Assembly: GCA_002716945.1 (NCBI GenBank)
Contig: PBCF01000002.1
Span: 142,404-206,403 of the forward strand
Reading direction: 5' to 3'
Length of the DNA: 64,000 nucleotides
Source: Gammaproteobacteria bacterium
GTDB taxonomy: Bacteria; Pseudomonadota; Gammaproteobacteria; GCA-002705445; GCA-002716945
Part shown: positions 42,106 through 53,153 of the stretch, in pieces
Layout: every line of letters starts with the position of its first letter
Numbering within the stretch: position 1 is the stretch's first letter
Notes under the pieces: model-generated
What the model saw: the letters and a program-made list of their open reading frames with translations, nothing else
The model's database searches: none
Told to the model about the DNA's origin: nothing
Made by a program: the position numbers and the translations under genes

Positions 42106-43120
42106 GAAAAAAAAATATAATATAGCTGTTATTGGTGCAACAGGTCTTGTTGGAAATTCGTTATTAGAAATTTTATTTGCAAGAAAATTTCCTATTCATC
42201 AATTGCATGCTGTTGCTAGTAATAAATCTATAGGAACGAAGGTTAAATTTGGTGAGACTTTAGTAGAGACACAATCTATTGAATCATTTGACTTTAATAA
42301 TATTGATATTGCGTTTTTTTCTGCAGGGAGTGATGTTTCGGATAAATATGTACCACTTGCCGCAAAGTCTAACTGTGTTGTTATTGATAATACATCTAGG
42401 TTTAGATATGAGGATAATATACCACTTATAATTCCGGAGGTTAATGCCCACGAAATAAAAAATTATAAAGACACTAACATTATTGCAAACCCAAATTGTT
42501 CAACTATACAAATGCTAGTTGCCCTCAAACCGATACATGACAGATATGAAATAAAAGATATTGTAGTCTCTACATATCAGGCTGTTTCTGGTTCTGGAAG
42601 AAAAGGCATGATGGAATTATCCAATCAAATAGATTCGTTTGTTAATGGAAAAGAAATAAATAATAATGTTTACCCAACGCAGATTGCATTCAATGTTATT
42701 CCGTTTGTTGATAGTTATCATGATAATAATTACACAAAAGAGGAAATGAAAATGATATGGGAAACAAAAAAGATTTTAAGTAAAAAAATCAATGTAAATC
42801 CGACAGCAGTCAGAGTACCGGTCATGATTGGTCACTCTGAATCAATTACAATTGAAACTAAAAAAGAAATAAATATCGAAGATGTGATTCAGGATTATAT
42901 TAATTGCGAAGGTTTGACTTTAATGGATGATGTGGATAATATTGTTTTTCCAACTGCAAGATCTGAAGGTAGCGGAACTGATAATGTTTATGTTGGAAGG
43001 ATTAGAAAAAGCTTGAGCAATAATAATGTTTTGAATATTTGGGTGGTTGCTGATAATGTTAGAAAGGGAGCTGCGCTAAATAGTATTCAGATTGCTGAAA
43101 AACTTATAGAGGAAATATAA
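42095..43120 (+). CDS. asd: Aspartate-semialdehyde dehydrogenase, short (about 340 aa) form / USG-1-like
   Basis: N-terminal NAD fold IAVIGATGLVG, active-site NPNCSTIQM; it is the only Asd-like gene in the slot where Pseudomonas carries asd plus a usg-like paralog. Confidence 0.8.
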   Translation: MLNKKKKYNIAVIGATGLVGNSLLEILFARKFPIHQLHAVASNKSIGTKVKFGETLVETQSIESFDFNNIDIAFFSAGSDVSDKYVPLAAKSNCVVIDNTSRFRYEDNIPLIIPEVNAHEIKNYKDTNIIANPNCSTIQMLVALKPIHDRYEIKDIVVSTYQAVSGSGRKGMMELSNQIDSFVNGKEINNNVYPTQIAFNVIPFVDSYHDNNYTKEEMKMIWETKKILSKKINVNPTAVRVPVMIGHSESITIETKKEINIEDVIQDYINCEGLTLMDDVDNIVFPTARSEGSGTDNVYVGRIRKSLSNNNVLNIWVVADNVRKGAALNSIQIAEKLIEEI

Positions 43121-43878
43121 TGTCAAGAATATTTAAATTAATAATATTCGTTATTATAGTAGTTGTAATACTGGAGTATTTTAAATTTATAGCGCCTGTC
43201 ACACCACTTGCACTTTCTATGGCTAAACATATTATGGTGTCATTGATTGCCCAAATACCCAATATTCCTCCAATTAGAATACCTACAGTTGAATTTACAA
43301 CTCAAAATATATTACTTTTATTGCTCTTATTATTTTTAATATCATACTTCAGTGAAAAATTTAGATATTTTACTAATTCTATAGCTCAACTTACTAGAAA
43401 GTTAAAACATCTAAAGGCAGAACTTGATTTCATAAAGAACTCCGGAGACGATAATACAAATACATCTGAATTAGTCCAACAAGCGACATTAATTAGAGAA
43501 TTGTTAGAAAAGTTATCTAAAAATACTAATTTAGAAAATCAATCTGTACCAATCAGAGCAAAAAAAGTTAGAAGAGTAGATTCTGACACTCAAAATGAAA
43601 CGGAACCCATTAAAAAACCTGTCAGAAAGAAAAAAGCCTCCAAGAAAAAGGTTCTTAGAAAAAAAACATCAAAACTTAATTTGGTTGAAAAAGACGAACC
43701 AAGTACAGATGAGATAATGTCTGACGAGAATATCTCTCAAGTCGATCTTGCTAGAGCATTAATTGAAAGCAAAGATGTTAGTAAAGCAAAGGAACTTTTA
43801 GTTAAGATTGTTGACTCTGGAACTGAACAAGAAAAACATGAAGCAAGATTACTTTATTTAAACCTTGATGACAGGTAA
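43120..43878 (+). CDS. Minimal FimV-family protein: N-terminal TM, coiled-coil, Lys-rich linker and the FimV C-terminal motif; no LysM domain
   Basis: C-terminus VDLARALIESKDVSKAKELLVKIVDSGTEQEKHEARLLY matches the FimV C-terminal signature; sits in the asd-fimV-truA position as in Pseudomonas. Confidence 0.65.
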   Translation: MSRIFKLIIFVIIVVVILEYFKFIAPVTPLALSMAKHIMVSLIAQIPNIPPIRIPTVEFTTQNILLLLLLLFLISYFSEKFRYFTNSIAQLTRKLKHLKAELDFIKNSGDDNTNTSELVQQATLIRELLEKLSKNTNLENQSVPIRAKKVRRVDSDTQNETEPIKKPVRKKKASKKKVLRKKTSKLNLVEKDEPSTDEIMSDENISQVDLARALIESKDVSKAKELLVKIVDSGTEQEKHEARLLYLNLDDR

Positions 43879-43896
43879 AGTAATTCTCTATATAGT

Positions 43897-44691
43897 TTGT
43901 GGAAAATGAAAATTGCTCTTTGTATTGAATACAATGGTTCAAATTATTTTGGTTGGCAAGCACAAACAAAAAAATCAAAAAAAACAATTCAATATTATGT
44001 CGATTTAGCTATATCTAAAATTTCCAATGAAAAAATTAGTACAGTATGTGCAGGTCGAACCGACACAGGAGTACATGCAATTAATCAAATAATACATTTC
44101 AATACATTAAGTAAACGAAAAGATGAAAGTTGGATTAATGGAATTAACTCATTACTACCAAATGATATAAGAGTAAAAAAGATTTTTCATGTTGATGAAT
44201 CATTTCATGCAAGGTACAGTGCGACTTCTAGGAAGTATAGATATGTTATTTATAATGATTTCTTATTACCACCATTTATTAATGACTTAGTTTTGCATTA
44301 TAAAAAAAAGCTAGATATTGTTAATATAAAAAGATCAATAAAATTCCTTTTAGGAAAACAAGATTTTAGTTCATTTAGATCATCACGTTGTCAATCTAGC
44401 TCTCCAATAAAAACAATTAAAGAAGTGAAAATAGAAGTAATAAAAAAATTTATAATTATTGATATTATGGCAGATAGTTTTCTGTATCATATGGTAAGAA
44501 ATATAGTTGGGACCTTATTGGATATTGGTATTCATAAATTTAAACCAATTCATATCAAGCATTTGATCTCAATTAAAGACAGATCAAAAGCAAGTAAAAT
44601 GATTTCATCATCTGGACTATATTTATTTAATGTCAATTATTCCAAAAAATATAAAATCAACACAAATAACAAAGATTTTTATCTATGTTAA
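43897..44691 (+). CDS. truA: tRNA pseudouridine(38-40) synthase TruA
   Basis: GRTDTGVHA catalytic motif. Confidence 0.92.
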   Translation: MWKMKIALCIEYNGSNYFGWQAQTKKSKKTIQYYVDLAISKISNEKISTVCAGRTDTGVHAINQIIHFNTLSKRKDESWINGINSLLPNDIRVKKIFHVDESFHARYSATSRKYRYVIYNDFLLPPFINDLVLHYKKKLDIVNIKRSIKFLLGKQDFSSFRSSRCQSSSPIKTIKEVKIEVIKKFIIIDIMADSFLYHMVRNIVGTLLDIGIHKFKPIHIKHLISIKDRSKASKMISSSGLYLFNVNYSKKYKINTNNKDFYLC

Positions 44692-44694
44692 TAT

Positions 44695-45363
44695 ATGTAT
44701 ATGAATTCAGTAAAAATTAAATTATGTGGCATAACAAACACAGAAGACGCCAAATTGATTGTGGATTTAGACTTTGACTTTATTGGATTAATCTTTGTTG
44801 AATCTAGTCCAAGATATGTTTCATTATCTGTAGCTAAAGAAATATATAGCATCTGCAAAGGTAGAAAAAAAATTGTTGGTATATTCCAGAATCAAAATAT
44901 TGATTTTATAAATAATATTGTAAAAAGTATTAAATTAGATTTTTTACAATTTCATGGAAATGAAGATATTTCTATTTGTGAAAATTTTTCCCTACCTTAT
45001 ATCAAGACAATATCAGTCAATCAGAATGGATCTTTATCTCATAATATTCATGATTATAATTCATCAAATGCATTATTATTTGACACAAAAATTGATAATC
45101 AATCGGGTGGAACAGGAAAAACTTTTGATTGGGAATTACTTCATAAGAATGAAGGTTTTCACCTTTTTGCTAAAACAAACCCCTTTTTTATTAGCGGAGG
45201 ATTGAACCCTGATAATGTTTCTAAACTTATATTGAACTATAAACCATGGGGAATAGATGTTAGTAGTGGATTAGAATATAATGCTGGCAAAAAGGACATC
45301 ACTTTAGTGAAAAAATTTTTAGAAAATGTAAGAATAGCAGAAAATTCTTGTGAAAAAGATTAA
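44695..45363 (+). CDS. trpF: Phosphoribosylanthranilate isomerase
   Basis: KxCGIT N-terminal motif, 222 aa. Confidence 0.85.
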   Translation: MYMNSVKIKLCGITNTEDAKLIVDLDFDFIGLIFVESSPRYVSLSVAKEIYSICKGRKKIVGIFQNQNIDFINNIVKSIKLDFLQFHGNEDISICENFSLPYIKTISVNQNGSLSHNIHDYNSSNALLFDTKIDNQSGGTGKTFDWELLHKNEGFHLFAKTNPFFISGGLNPDNVSKLILNYKPWGIDVSSGLEYNAGKKDITLVKKFLENVRIAENSCEKD

Positions 45364-46552
45364 TTATAATAAATTTCCAGATAAACAGGGTCGTTTCGAT
45401 AAGTACGGAGGGATGTATGTATCTGAAACATTGATACATCCATTAAAAGAATTAGAGCAAGCTTACTTTAAAACTGCTAAATCATCAAATTTTAAAAAAT
45501 TATATAATAAAGAGTTACTTCATTATGTAGGTAGACCTACTCCTATTTATTATGCATCATCAATTAGTAAGTTATTGGGCTCATGCAAAATATATCTAAA
45601 AAGAGAAGATTTAAATCATACCGGTGCACATAAAATTAATAATGCTTTAGGACAAGCTTTATTAGCTAAAAAGATGGGTAAAACTAGAATTATCGCGGAA
45701 ACAGGCGCGGGTCAACATGGTGTAGCTGCTGCCACTGCATGTGCTAGATTTAATTTGAAATGTGTTGTTTACATGGGCGCTGAAGACATTAAGAGGCAAA
45801 GTGTAAATGTTTATAGAATGAAACTTTTAGGAGCTAATGTTATACCGGTTAATTCTGGATCAAAAACTTTAAAAGATGCATTAAATGAAGCTCTTCGTGA
45901 TTGGGTTACAAATGTAGATAATACTCATTATATTATTGGTTCAGTTGCCGGCCCCCATCCTTATCCAATGATAGTGAGAGATTTTCAATCAGTTATTGGT
46001 ATTGAATCAAAAAAACAAATGAAAGCGACTTATAAAAAACTTCCAGATATATTAATTGCATGTGTTGGAGGCGGTTCTAATGCAATTGGATTATTTTATC
46101 CGTTTCTACACGATAAGGTAGAAATTATTGGTGTAGAAGCAGGAGGTTTTGGAATTTCAACCGGTAAACATGCAGCGCCGCTAAATGATGGTAAACCTGG
46201 TGTCTTACATGGTAACAGAACATATATTATGGAAAATACTGATGGACAAATATCTGAAACCCATTCAATTTCTGCTGGATTAGATTATCCAGGTGTAGGC
46301 CCTGAGCATTCATGGTTAAAAGATTCCAAAAGAGTAAAGTACGTTAGTGTGACAGATAAAGAAGCTGTGGATGCTTTTCAAATTCTAACAGAAAGAGAAG
46401 GCATTATACCAGCATTAGAATCGGCGCATGCTTTAGCTTATGCCTTTAAATTAGCTAAGAAAAGAAAAAATAAAAGCATCCTTGTTAACTTATCTGGAAG
46501 AGGTGATAAAGATATAGATACAATTTCTTCATTAAAGCAAATAAAAATATGA
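45350..46552 (+). CDS. trpB: Tryptophan synthase beta chain
   Basis: PLP-binding HTGAHKINN motif. Confidence 0.95.
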   Translation: MKKINYNKFPDKQGRFDKYGGMYVSETLIHPLKELEQAYFKTAKSSNFKKLYNKELLHYVGRPTPIYYASSISKLLGSCKIYLKREDLNHTGAHKINNALGQALLAKKMGKTRIIAETGAGQHGVAAATACARFNLKCVVYMGAEDIKRQSVNVYRMKLLGANVIPVNSGSKTLKDALNEALRDWVTNVDNTHYIIGSVAGPHPYPMIVRDFQSVIGIESKKQMKATYKKLPDILIACVGGGSNAIGLFYPFLHDKVEIIGVEAGGFGISTGKHAAPLNDGKPGVLHGNRTYIMENTDGQISETHSISAGLDYPGVGPEHSWLKDSKRVKYVSVTDKEAVDAFQILTEREGIIPALESAHALAYAFKLAKKRKNKSILVNLSGRGDKDIDTISSLKQIKI

Positions 46553-47361
46553 CTAGAATTACAGACACTTTTCTTGCAAATAAGAAAATGGGAACTACAA
46601 CATTCATAACGTATACTGTTTGTGGAGATCCAAATATGAAATCCTCACTTAATATTCTTGATGCTTTAGTAGAGTCAGGGGTAGATATTATAGAATTAGG
46701 GGTTCCATTTAGTGATCCTATTGCCGATGGACCTGTTATTCAAAGAGCAGTTGAAAGAACTCTAAAAAATAAAGTTTCTCTATATAAAACTCTAAACCTT
46801 GTTCGCTTATTTAGAAAAAAAAATAAAGATACACCAATTGTTTTAATGGGTTATATGAATCCCATTGAAAAAATGGGTTATAGACGATTTTCTACAATGG
46901 CTAATCAAGCCGGAATAGATGGTGTATTAGTTGTTGACTTACCACCAGAAGAATCAGAAAAATTAACTAATAGTTTAAAAAAGAATAATATAGATCAAAT
47001 TTTTTTAGCTTCACCAACAACTGATGATTTGAGATTGAAGAAAATTGTACGACAATCGAGCGGCTATGTTTATTATGTTTCTCTAAAAGGTATTACTGGA
47101 TCCAAAATCAGTAATATTAAAATGGTAAAAAACATGGTTGGCAAAATTAAAAAATTTTCCAATTTGGATATACCTGTGGCAGTTGGTTTTGGTATAAAAA
47201 ATGCAGAATCAGCCAAGAGAATTAGTACTTTTTCAGATGGTATAATTATAGGAAGTTCTATAGTAGAATTAATAGAAAAACACCATAATACGAGTACTAT
47301 TATGATAAAAAAAATAAAATCTTTTACTAATCGGATTAGAAGAGTATTAAATAAAAAATGA
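46549..47361 (+). CDS. trpA: Tryptophan synthase alpha chain
   Basis: 270 aa, TIM-barrel TrpA, ATGA overlap with trpB. Confidence 0.9.
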   Translation: MTRITDTFLANKKMGTTTFITYTVCGDPNMKSSLNILDALVESGVDIIELGVPFSDPIADGPVIQRAVERTLKNKVSLYKTLNLVRLFRKKNKDTPIVLMGYMNPIEKMGYRRFSTMANQAGIDGVLVVDLPPEESEKLTNSLKKNNIDQIFLASPTTDDLRLKKIVRQSSGYVYYVSLKGITGSKISNIKMVKNMVGKIKKFSNLDIPVAVGFGIKNAESAKRISTFSDGIIIGSSIVELIEKHHNTSTIMIKKIKSFTNRIRRVLNKK

Positions 47362-48209
47362 GTTGGCTTGATAAAATATTACCATCTAGAATAAGAGCAT
47401 CAAAAAAGAAACAATCCTCCGTTCCTGAAGGACTTTGGCATAAATGTTCTAATTGTGAAGCTGTAATATATAGAGCTGAATATGAAAAAAATTTCAACAT
47501 ATGCCCTAAATGCAATCATCATGGAAGAATATCTGCTAGAAAAAGAATTGATATTTTTTTGGATAAAAATAATAGAGAAGAGTTATTTGTTAATATTTTA
47601 CCCAAAGATGTTTTAAATTTTAAAGATAAAGAAAAATATAAAGATAAACTTTCTACCACTCAAGAAAAAACAGGAGAAAAAGATGCGTTAGTAGCATTCA
47701 AAGGAAACCTAAAAAATATGCCTGTTATAGTTTGTTGCTTTGAATATTCTTTTTTTGGAGGTTCAATGGGTTCAGTTGTTGGTGAAAAATTTAGTCGATC
47801 AGCTAAATTATGTGTAGAAACAAAATCACCTTTAATATGTTTTTCAGCAAGCGGTGGAGCTAGAATGCAAGAATCTCTTTTTTCATTATTTCAAATGGCA
47901 AAAACAAGTTCTGCTCTCAATGAACTAGCATCTAAACAGTTACCATTTATTTCTGTGTTAACTGATCCTACAATGGGGGGAGTTTCTGCAAGCTTAGCTA
48001 TGCTAGGTGATATTAATATAGCAGAACCTAATGCTTTAATTGGTTTTGCAGGTCCTAGAGTAATCGAACAAACAGTTGGCGAAAAACTACCTGAAGGATT
48101 TCAAAAAAGTGAATTTTTAAAAAAGCATGGCTCTATCGATATTATTGCTAATAGAATGGAACATCGATCAATTATTTCTAATATTTTGAATACTTTTACG
48201 CAAAATTAA
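47358..48209 (+). CDS. accD: Acetyl-CoA carboxylase carboxyltransferase beta subunit
   Basis: N-terminal C4 zinc ribbon (CSNCEAV...CPKCNHH) plus carboxyltransferase domain. Confidence 0.93.
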   Translation: MSWLDKILPSRIRASKKKQSSVPEGLWHKCSNCEAVIYRAEYEKNFNICPKCNHHGRISARKRIDIFLDKNNREELFVNILPKDVLNFKDKEKYKDKLSTTQEKTGEKDALVAFKGNLKNMPVIVCCFEYSFFGGSMGSVVGEKFSRSAKLCVETKSPLICFSASGGARMQESLFSLFQMAKTSSALNELASKQLPFISVLTDPTMGGVSASLAMLGDINIAEPNALIGFAGPRVIEQTVGEKLPEGFQKSEFLKKHGSIDIIANRMEHRSIISNILNTFTQN

Positions 48210-48214
48210 TATGT

Positions 48215-49507
48215 ATGAATAAGAATTTTAAATCTCTTGATGATTGGTTGGAGTGGCAACAAACTCTACATCCGAAAAATATAGATTTTAAACTAGAAAG
48301 AATAAAAGCGGTATACAAAAAACTTCAACTTAAAAAAATTGCTCAAAAAATTATCATAATTGCTGGAACTAATGGAAAAGGCTCTACTGCATCGATGCTT
48401 GAAAGTATCTTACATGAGAATCAATTAAAAGTTGGCGTTTTCACTTCTCCACATATACTTAGTTATAACGAAAGAATTAAAATTAATAAACAACATGTAC
48501 ACGATGATGAAATTATAGAGGCATTTAACCAAATTAATGAAAAAAGAGGAAATATTACACTTACATATTTTGAATTTGCTACATTAACAGCCTTTTATTT
48601 ATTTAATAAATCCAATTTAGATTATGCTGTATTAGAAGTTGGTTTAGGAGGTAGATTAGACGCTACAAATATTATTGATTCTGATATATCTATTATAACT
48701 TCTATCAGTATAGATCATACTGAGTATCTGGGTTCAACAATAGATAGTATTGCATTAGAAAAAGCTGGAGTAATGAGACCTTTTTCTTTTAGTATTTATG
48801 CGCAAAAAAAACCACCAAAAGTTTTATTTAAATATGCGCAGAATAATAAAACTTACTTTAAATACAATGACAAAGATTTTAACATTAAAATCTATGATGA
48901 TTTTTGGACATGGAGAAATGATAAATTTAAAATATCTCGTTTACCTATGCTGCCACTAATTGGAAGCTTTCAATATGATCATGCAGGTGCTGTTTTATCA
49001 TGTTTATCATATATAGAATCAAATTTATTGGAAAACAAACAAAATCTAGTAAATGGCTTTAAGAACTTAGATTTACTTGGTCGGTATCAAATAATTCAAA
49101 GCAATCCGGAAATCATTCTTGATGTTGCTCATAATGCTGATGCTGCAAAGAAATTGAATGATAATCTTTCTAATGAAATATCAGGGAAAACACTTGCAGT
49201 TTTAGGTGTCCTAAATGATAAAGATGTTTATGAATTAGTTAAACCACTTAAAAAAACTGTAGATCAATGGTTTTGTGGAACTATCAATAGCCACAGAGGT
49301 ATGAACGCAGATGAAATAAAACATAGATTGTCTACCTTAATAAGTGGTGAATCAATCAATTCATTCACAACTATTTCTAACGCCTATGAGAACGCGATCA
49401 AAACCTTAAATCACAATGACAGATTAATTATATATGGTTCTTTTTATACAGTATCTGAAGTTTTAAATCATATAAAATCTAGCACAAATAAGGTAATAAA
49501 TTTATAA
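48215..49507 (+). CDS. folC: Dihydrofolate synthase / folylpolyglutamate synthase
   Basis: Mur ligase family, GTNGKGST P-loop. Confidence 0.9.
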   Translation: MNKNFKSLDDWLEWQQTLHPKNIDFKLERIKAVYKKLQLKKIAQKIIIIAGTNGKGSTASMLESILHENQLKVGVFTSPHILSYNERIKINKQHVHDDEIIEAFNQINEKRGNITLTYFEFATLTAFYLFNKSNLDYAVLEVGLGGRLDATNIIDSDISIITSISIDHTEYLGSTIDSIALEKAGVMRPFSFSIYAQKKPPKVLFKYAQNNKTYFKYNDKDFNIKIYDDFWTWRNDKFKISRLPMLPLIGSFQYDHAGAVLSCLSYIESNLLENKQNLVNGFKNLDLLGRYQIIQSNPEIILDVAHNADAAKKLNDNLSNEISGKTLAVLGVLNDKDVYELVKPLKKTVDQWFCGTINSHRGMNADEIKHRLSTLISGESINSFTTISNAYENAIKTLNHNDRLIIYGSFYTVSEVLNHIKSSTNKVINL

Positions 49508-49950
49508 TGACTAAGAATTTTTTACTCAAATTAGTGTTATTTTTTTTAATTCCATTGTATTTGTTTGGCAAACCAATCCTTGAATATATTAATCAGTCTG
49601 GTCAAATTATATATTCATTAACAATTCCTGAGCCACCTTCTGAGGCTAAAGATAAAGATAATTTTGAGGAGGTGGGTAAAATTGATATTTTAAAAATTCC
49701 TAAACCTGAAAGATTAATTTCTCAATCATGGATTATTGTTTTTTCATATAATCAAAATAACGAAGATGATAGAATGATGGAGAGAAAATTGAAAAATTTA
49801 GGCTTTGAAATATCTATTCGCCACGATAAAAAGAAGGAAAAGTTTATAACAATTGGCCCTTATGTGGATAAATTAATGGCGATGCAAATTAAAGCCAAAA
49901 TCAAAAGAACCTTAAAAATACAAGGAAGACTTTTGGAAATAAAAAAATAA
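49507..49950 (+). CDS. SPOR-domain cell-division protein (DedD-like)
   Basis: N-terminal TM anchor, C-terminal SPOR-like region; conserved folC-dedD-cvpA-purF position. Confidence 0.6.
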   Translation: MTKNFLLKLVLFFLIPLYLFGKPILEYINQSGQIIYSLTIPEPPSEAKDKDNFEEVGKIDILKIPKPERLISQSWIIVFSYNQNNEDDRMMERKLKNLGFEISIRHDKKKEKFITIGPYVDKLMAMQIKAKIKRTLKIQGRLLEIKK

Positions 49951-50436
49951 ATGCCACTATTAGATTTATCCATAATATTTTTTATAATTTTTTGGTCAAT
50001 ATTAGGCTTATTAAGAGGCTTTGCATCCGAATTTATTTCATTTACATGCTGGGCGTTAGCTATATATTTTTCTATTCATTATCATCATATACCTGCTGAA
50101 TTCATTAATAATTATATTAATGCTTATGGAATTGCAAAAATTTTATCTTTTATCTTTATTTTTGTTGTAACTTTTTTTCTGTCCATGTCATTGAGCTTTA
50201 TTATTACGCAAATTATAAATGTCTTTGGGATGTCATCTACAAACAAAGTATTTGGTATGTTTTTTGGTTTGCTCAAAGGTAATTTATTTACAATACTAAT
50301 TATTTATGTAATTGGATATACAGAATTTATATCAACTTTATACTGGGAACAGTCACAGTTCATACCATATTTTGAAGAATTTACAGAAAAATTTCTCAAA
50401 TCTCATAATTCATTCTTTGATACTTTGCAAATATGA
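49951..50436 (+). CDS. cvpA: Colicin V production protein CvpA
   Basis: 161 aa, 4 TM segments, position upstream of purF. Confidence 0.8.
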   Translation: MPLLDLSIIFFIIFWSILGLLRGFASEFISFTCWALAIYFSIHYHHIPAEFINNYINAYGIAKILSFIFIFVVTFFLSMSLSFIITQIINVFGMSSTNKVFGMFFGLLKGNLFTILIIYVIGYTEFISTLYWEQSQFIPYFEEFTEKFLKSHNSFFDTLQI

Positions 50437-50451
50437 CTATAATATAGGCTT

Positions 50452-51957
50452 ATGTGTGGGATTGTTGCGCTTTATGGTATTAACCATGTGGTTCATGATG
50501 TATATGAATCACTTACGGTACTGCAACATCGTGGTCAAGATGCATCTGGTATTTTAACAAATCATGGTGGCAAAATAACTCTGCGTAAATCACTTGGATT
50601 AGTAAGAGACGGCTTTGAATACAAACACATTGATAGACTTAAAGGACATTTAGGTATTGGACATGTACGTTATCCAACAGCAGGTCACGCTGAAAGTCCA
50701 TCTGAAGCTCAGCCTTTTTATGTAAATTCTCCATATGGCATCGGATTAGCTCATAATGGTAATCTTATAAACTCTTCAGAACTAAAGGATAATTTATTTT
50801 CTGAGGATTTAAGACATATCAATACAAAATCTGATTCTGAAATATTGTTAAATATCCTAGCGCATGAGTTACATCTTCATCGTAAAGAAAAATTTACTCC
50901 TGATGATTTATTTTATGCAATTGCAGGCGTCCATAGAAGAGTTAAAGGTGCTTATGCTGTTGTTTGTTTGATAGCTGATCGAGGTATTGCTGCATTTCGT
51001 GATCCAAGAGGAATAAGACCATTATGTTTTGGTACGAGAGAAATTGATGGCAAACAAGAAACTATGGTTGCCTCAGAGTCTGTAGCTTTGAATTCAGCTG
51101 GATTCACTTTGGTAAGAGATATAAGACCAGGTGAAGCAATTTTTATTGATATCGATGGCAATGTTCACACCAGGCAATGTTGTGAACCACAAGGATACAC
51201 ACCATGTATTTTTGAGTATGTTTATTTTGCTAGACCAGACACAATTTTAGATGGAATATCTGTTTATAGAGCTAGAATGAATATGGGTAAAAATTTAGCA
51301 AAGAAAATAACATCATCTTGGCCTCAAAACGATATTGATGTTGTAGTTCCAATACCTGATACAAGTAGAATTTCTGCTTTAGAATTATCTACTTCACTAA
51401 ATAAACCTTTTAGAGAAGGGTTCATTAAAAATAGATATATTGGAAGAACATTTATCATGCCTGAACAAAATCAGAGAATCAAATCTGTAAAAAGAAAACT
51501 TAATGCCATCGCATCAGAGTTTAAAGATAAGAATGTATTATTGGTTGACGATTCAATTGTTAGAGGGACTACATCAAAACAAATTATAGAAATGGCAAGA
51601 GATGCAGGTGCAAAAAAAGTATATATGGCGTCTGCAGCACCTCCAGTAAAATTCCCTAATGTATATGGAATAGATATGCCAGCTAGCAATGAATTTGTAG
51701 CTGATAAGAGAAATGAAGATGAAATAACAAAATTTATTGGAGCAGATAAATTATTCTATCAAAATTTGGATGATTTGGTCAGCTCTGTCATTGACTCTTC
51801 ATCACCAATAAAAGACTTTGATGCATCTTGTTTTGATGGTAATTATGTAACTGGTGATGTAACAAAAGAATATCTAAAGCAATTGGATAACTTGAGAAAC
51901 GATGTATCTAAAAAATTACATAAATTAGAGATGAGTGATGATGTAATAGTATATTAA
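50452..51957 (+). CDS. purF: Amidophosphoribosyltransferase
   Basis: MCGIV N-terminal nucleophile, PRTase domain. Confidence 0.95.
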   Translation: MCGIVALYGINHVVHDVYESLTVLQHRGQDASGILTNHGGKITLRKSLGLVRDGFEYKHIDRLKGHLGIGHVRYPTAGHAESPSEAQPFYVNSPYGIGLAHNGNLINSSELKDNLFSEDLRHINTKSDSEILLNILAHELHLHRKEKFTPDDLFYAIAGVHRRVKGAYAVVCLIADRGIAAFRDPRGIRPLCFGTREIDGKQETMVASESVALNSAGFTLVRDIRPGEAIFIDIDGNVHTRQCCEPQGYTPCIFEYVYFARPDTILDGISVYRARMNMGKNLAKKITSSWPQNDIDVVVPIPDTSRISALELSTSLNKPFREGFIKNRYIGRTFIMPEQNQRIKSVKRKLNAIASEFKDKNVLLVDDSIVRGTTSKQIIEMARDAGAKKVYMASAAPPVKFPNVYGIDMPASNEFVADKRNEDEITKFIGADKLFYQNLDDLVSSVIDSSSPIKDFDASCFDGNYVTGDVTKEYLKQLDNLRNDVSKKLHKLEMSDDVIVY

Positions 51958-51958
51958 C

Positions 51959-52498
51959 ATGAATTATGACAGCATTATAAAAAACTCTAAATCACATTTA
52001 CAATCATTCCTTAATGACGAACTAAATAAATTTGTTGTTGTGTTAATTGAAAATCAGAAATTAATACTTGTAAATAATAATTCAATTATATTTAAGGCTG
52101 ATATTTCGACATCAAAATTTGGTATAGGTAATAAAGAGAATTCATTGATGACGCCTCTTGGAGCTCATGTGATTTGTGATATGATTGGCGACGGAGAATC
52201 TATTGGCACAGTATTCAAAGGAAGAAAATTAACCGGTGAAAATATGAATGACTTAGTTATTTCAGATAGCGATCTCGTTACAACTAGAATAATCAGACTA
52301 GATGGTTTGGAAGCAAACGTCAATAAAGGTGGCGATGTTGATACATTTTCTAGATATATATATATTCACGGAACTCCCCACGAAGACAAAATAGGGAGGC
52401 CAGCTTCTCATGGATGTGTCAGGATGAAAAATATTGAGATAACAGATTTATTTAAATTATTAGATATAGGTACACCGGTACTAATTACTCGTTCTTAG
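51959..52498 (+). CDS. YkuD-type L,D-transpeptidase catalytic-domain protein with no recognisable signal peptide
   Basis: HGTPHEDKIGRPASHGCVRM catalytic His/Cys motif; N-terminus hydrophilic. Confidence 0.65.
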   Translation: MNYDSIIKNSKSHLQSFLNDELNKFVVVLIENQKLILVNNNSIIFKADISTSKFGIGNKENSLMTPLGAHVICDMIGDGESIGTVFKGRKLTGENMNDLVISDSDLVTTRIIRLDGLEANVNKGGDVDTFSRYIYIHGTPHEDKIGRPASHGCVRMKNIEITDLFKLLDIGTPVLITRS

Positions 52499-53153
52499 AT
52501 ACCTTGTCAATTAAATCTATTGGTTTATGAATAATATAATCAGCACCCCATTGATTAATATTTATATTTTTGTTAATAAAACCAAAGTTAGCAACAACAG
52601 ACTTCATGCCTGCTTTTTTAGCTGCAATAATATCTCTTTCATCATCACCAATATATAATGCTTGAGATGGATTTATATTTAACTTAATACAAGCTAATAG
52701 GAGTGAATCTGGCTCAGGTTTAGAATTTTCAACCATATCCCCTGTGATTAAGCATTGTACCTTTGTATCCATACGCAATCCTTCTAAAATTTGTTTCACA
52801 TATTTACTATGTTTATTAGTAACTATTCCCCATTTAATTTGCTTATTCTCAATGTTGATAATTAGATCGTTCATGCCATCTATCAGTTTTGTATTAACAA
52901 AACAATTCTCTGAATACTGTTGTAAAAACTCTGCTCTTATTAATGATGAATCTATCGATCTTTGATTAATTGCAGCAGCATATTGAATTATTCCAATAGC
53001 ACCTTTTGATATATGATATTTTAAGTCCTGACAATCTACTGGATTAAACTTATGATCTAATAAAATTCTATTCAATGCATTACACATATCTACAGAGGTA
53101 TCAGCAAAAGTACCATCTAAATCAATAAGAATAGCATGTATATTTTTAAACAT
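52485..53153 (-). CDS. HAD-family phosphatase (phosphoglycolate phosphatase / MupP-like)
   Basis: DLDGTFADT motif I, SKPEPD and GDDERD motifs; sits downstream of ubiG as mupP does in Pseudomonas; start taken at the internal Met. Confidence 0.75.
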   Translation of the reverse strand: MFKNIHAILIDLDGTFADTSVDMCNALNRILLDHKFNPVDCQDLKYHISKGAIGIIQYAAAINQRSIDSSLIRAEFLQQYSENCFVNTKLIDGMNDLIINIENKQIKWGIVTNKHSKYVKQILEGLRMDTKVQCLITGDMVENSKPEPDSLLLACIKLNINPSQALYIGDDERDIIAAKKAGMKSVVANFGFINKNININQWGADYIIHKPIDLIDKVSKNE

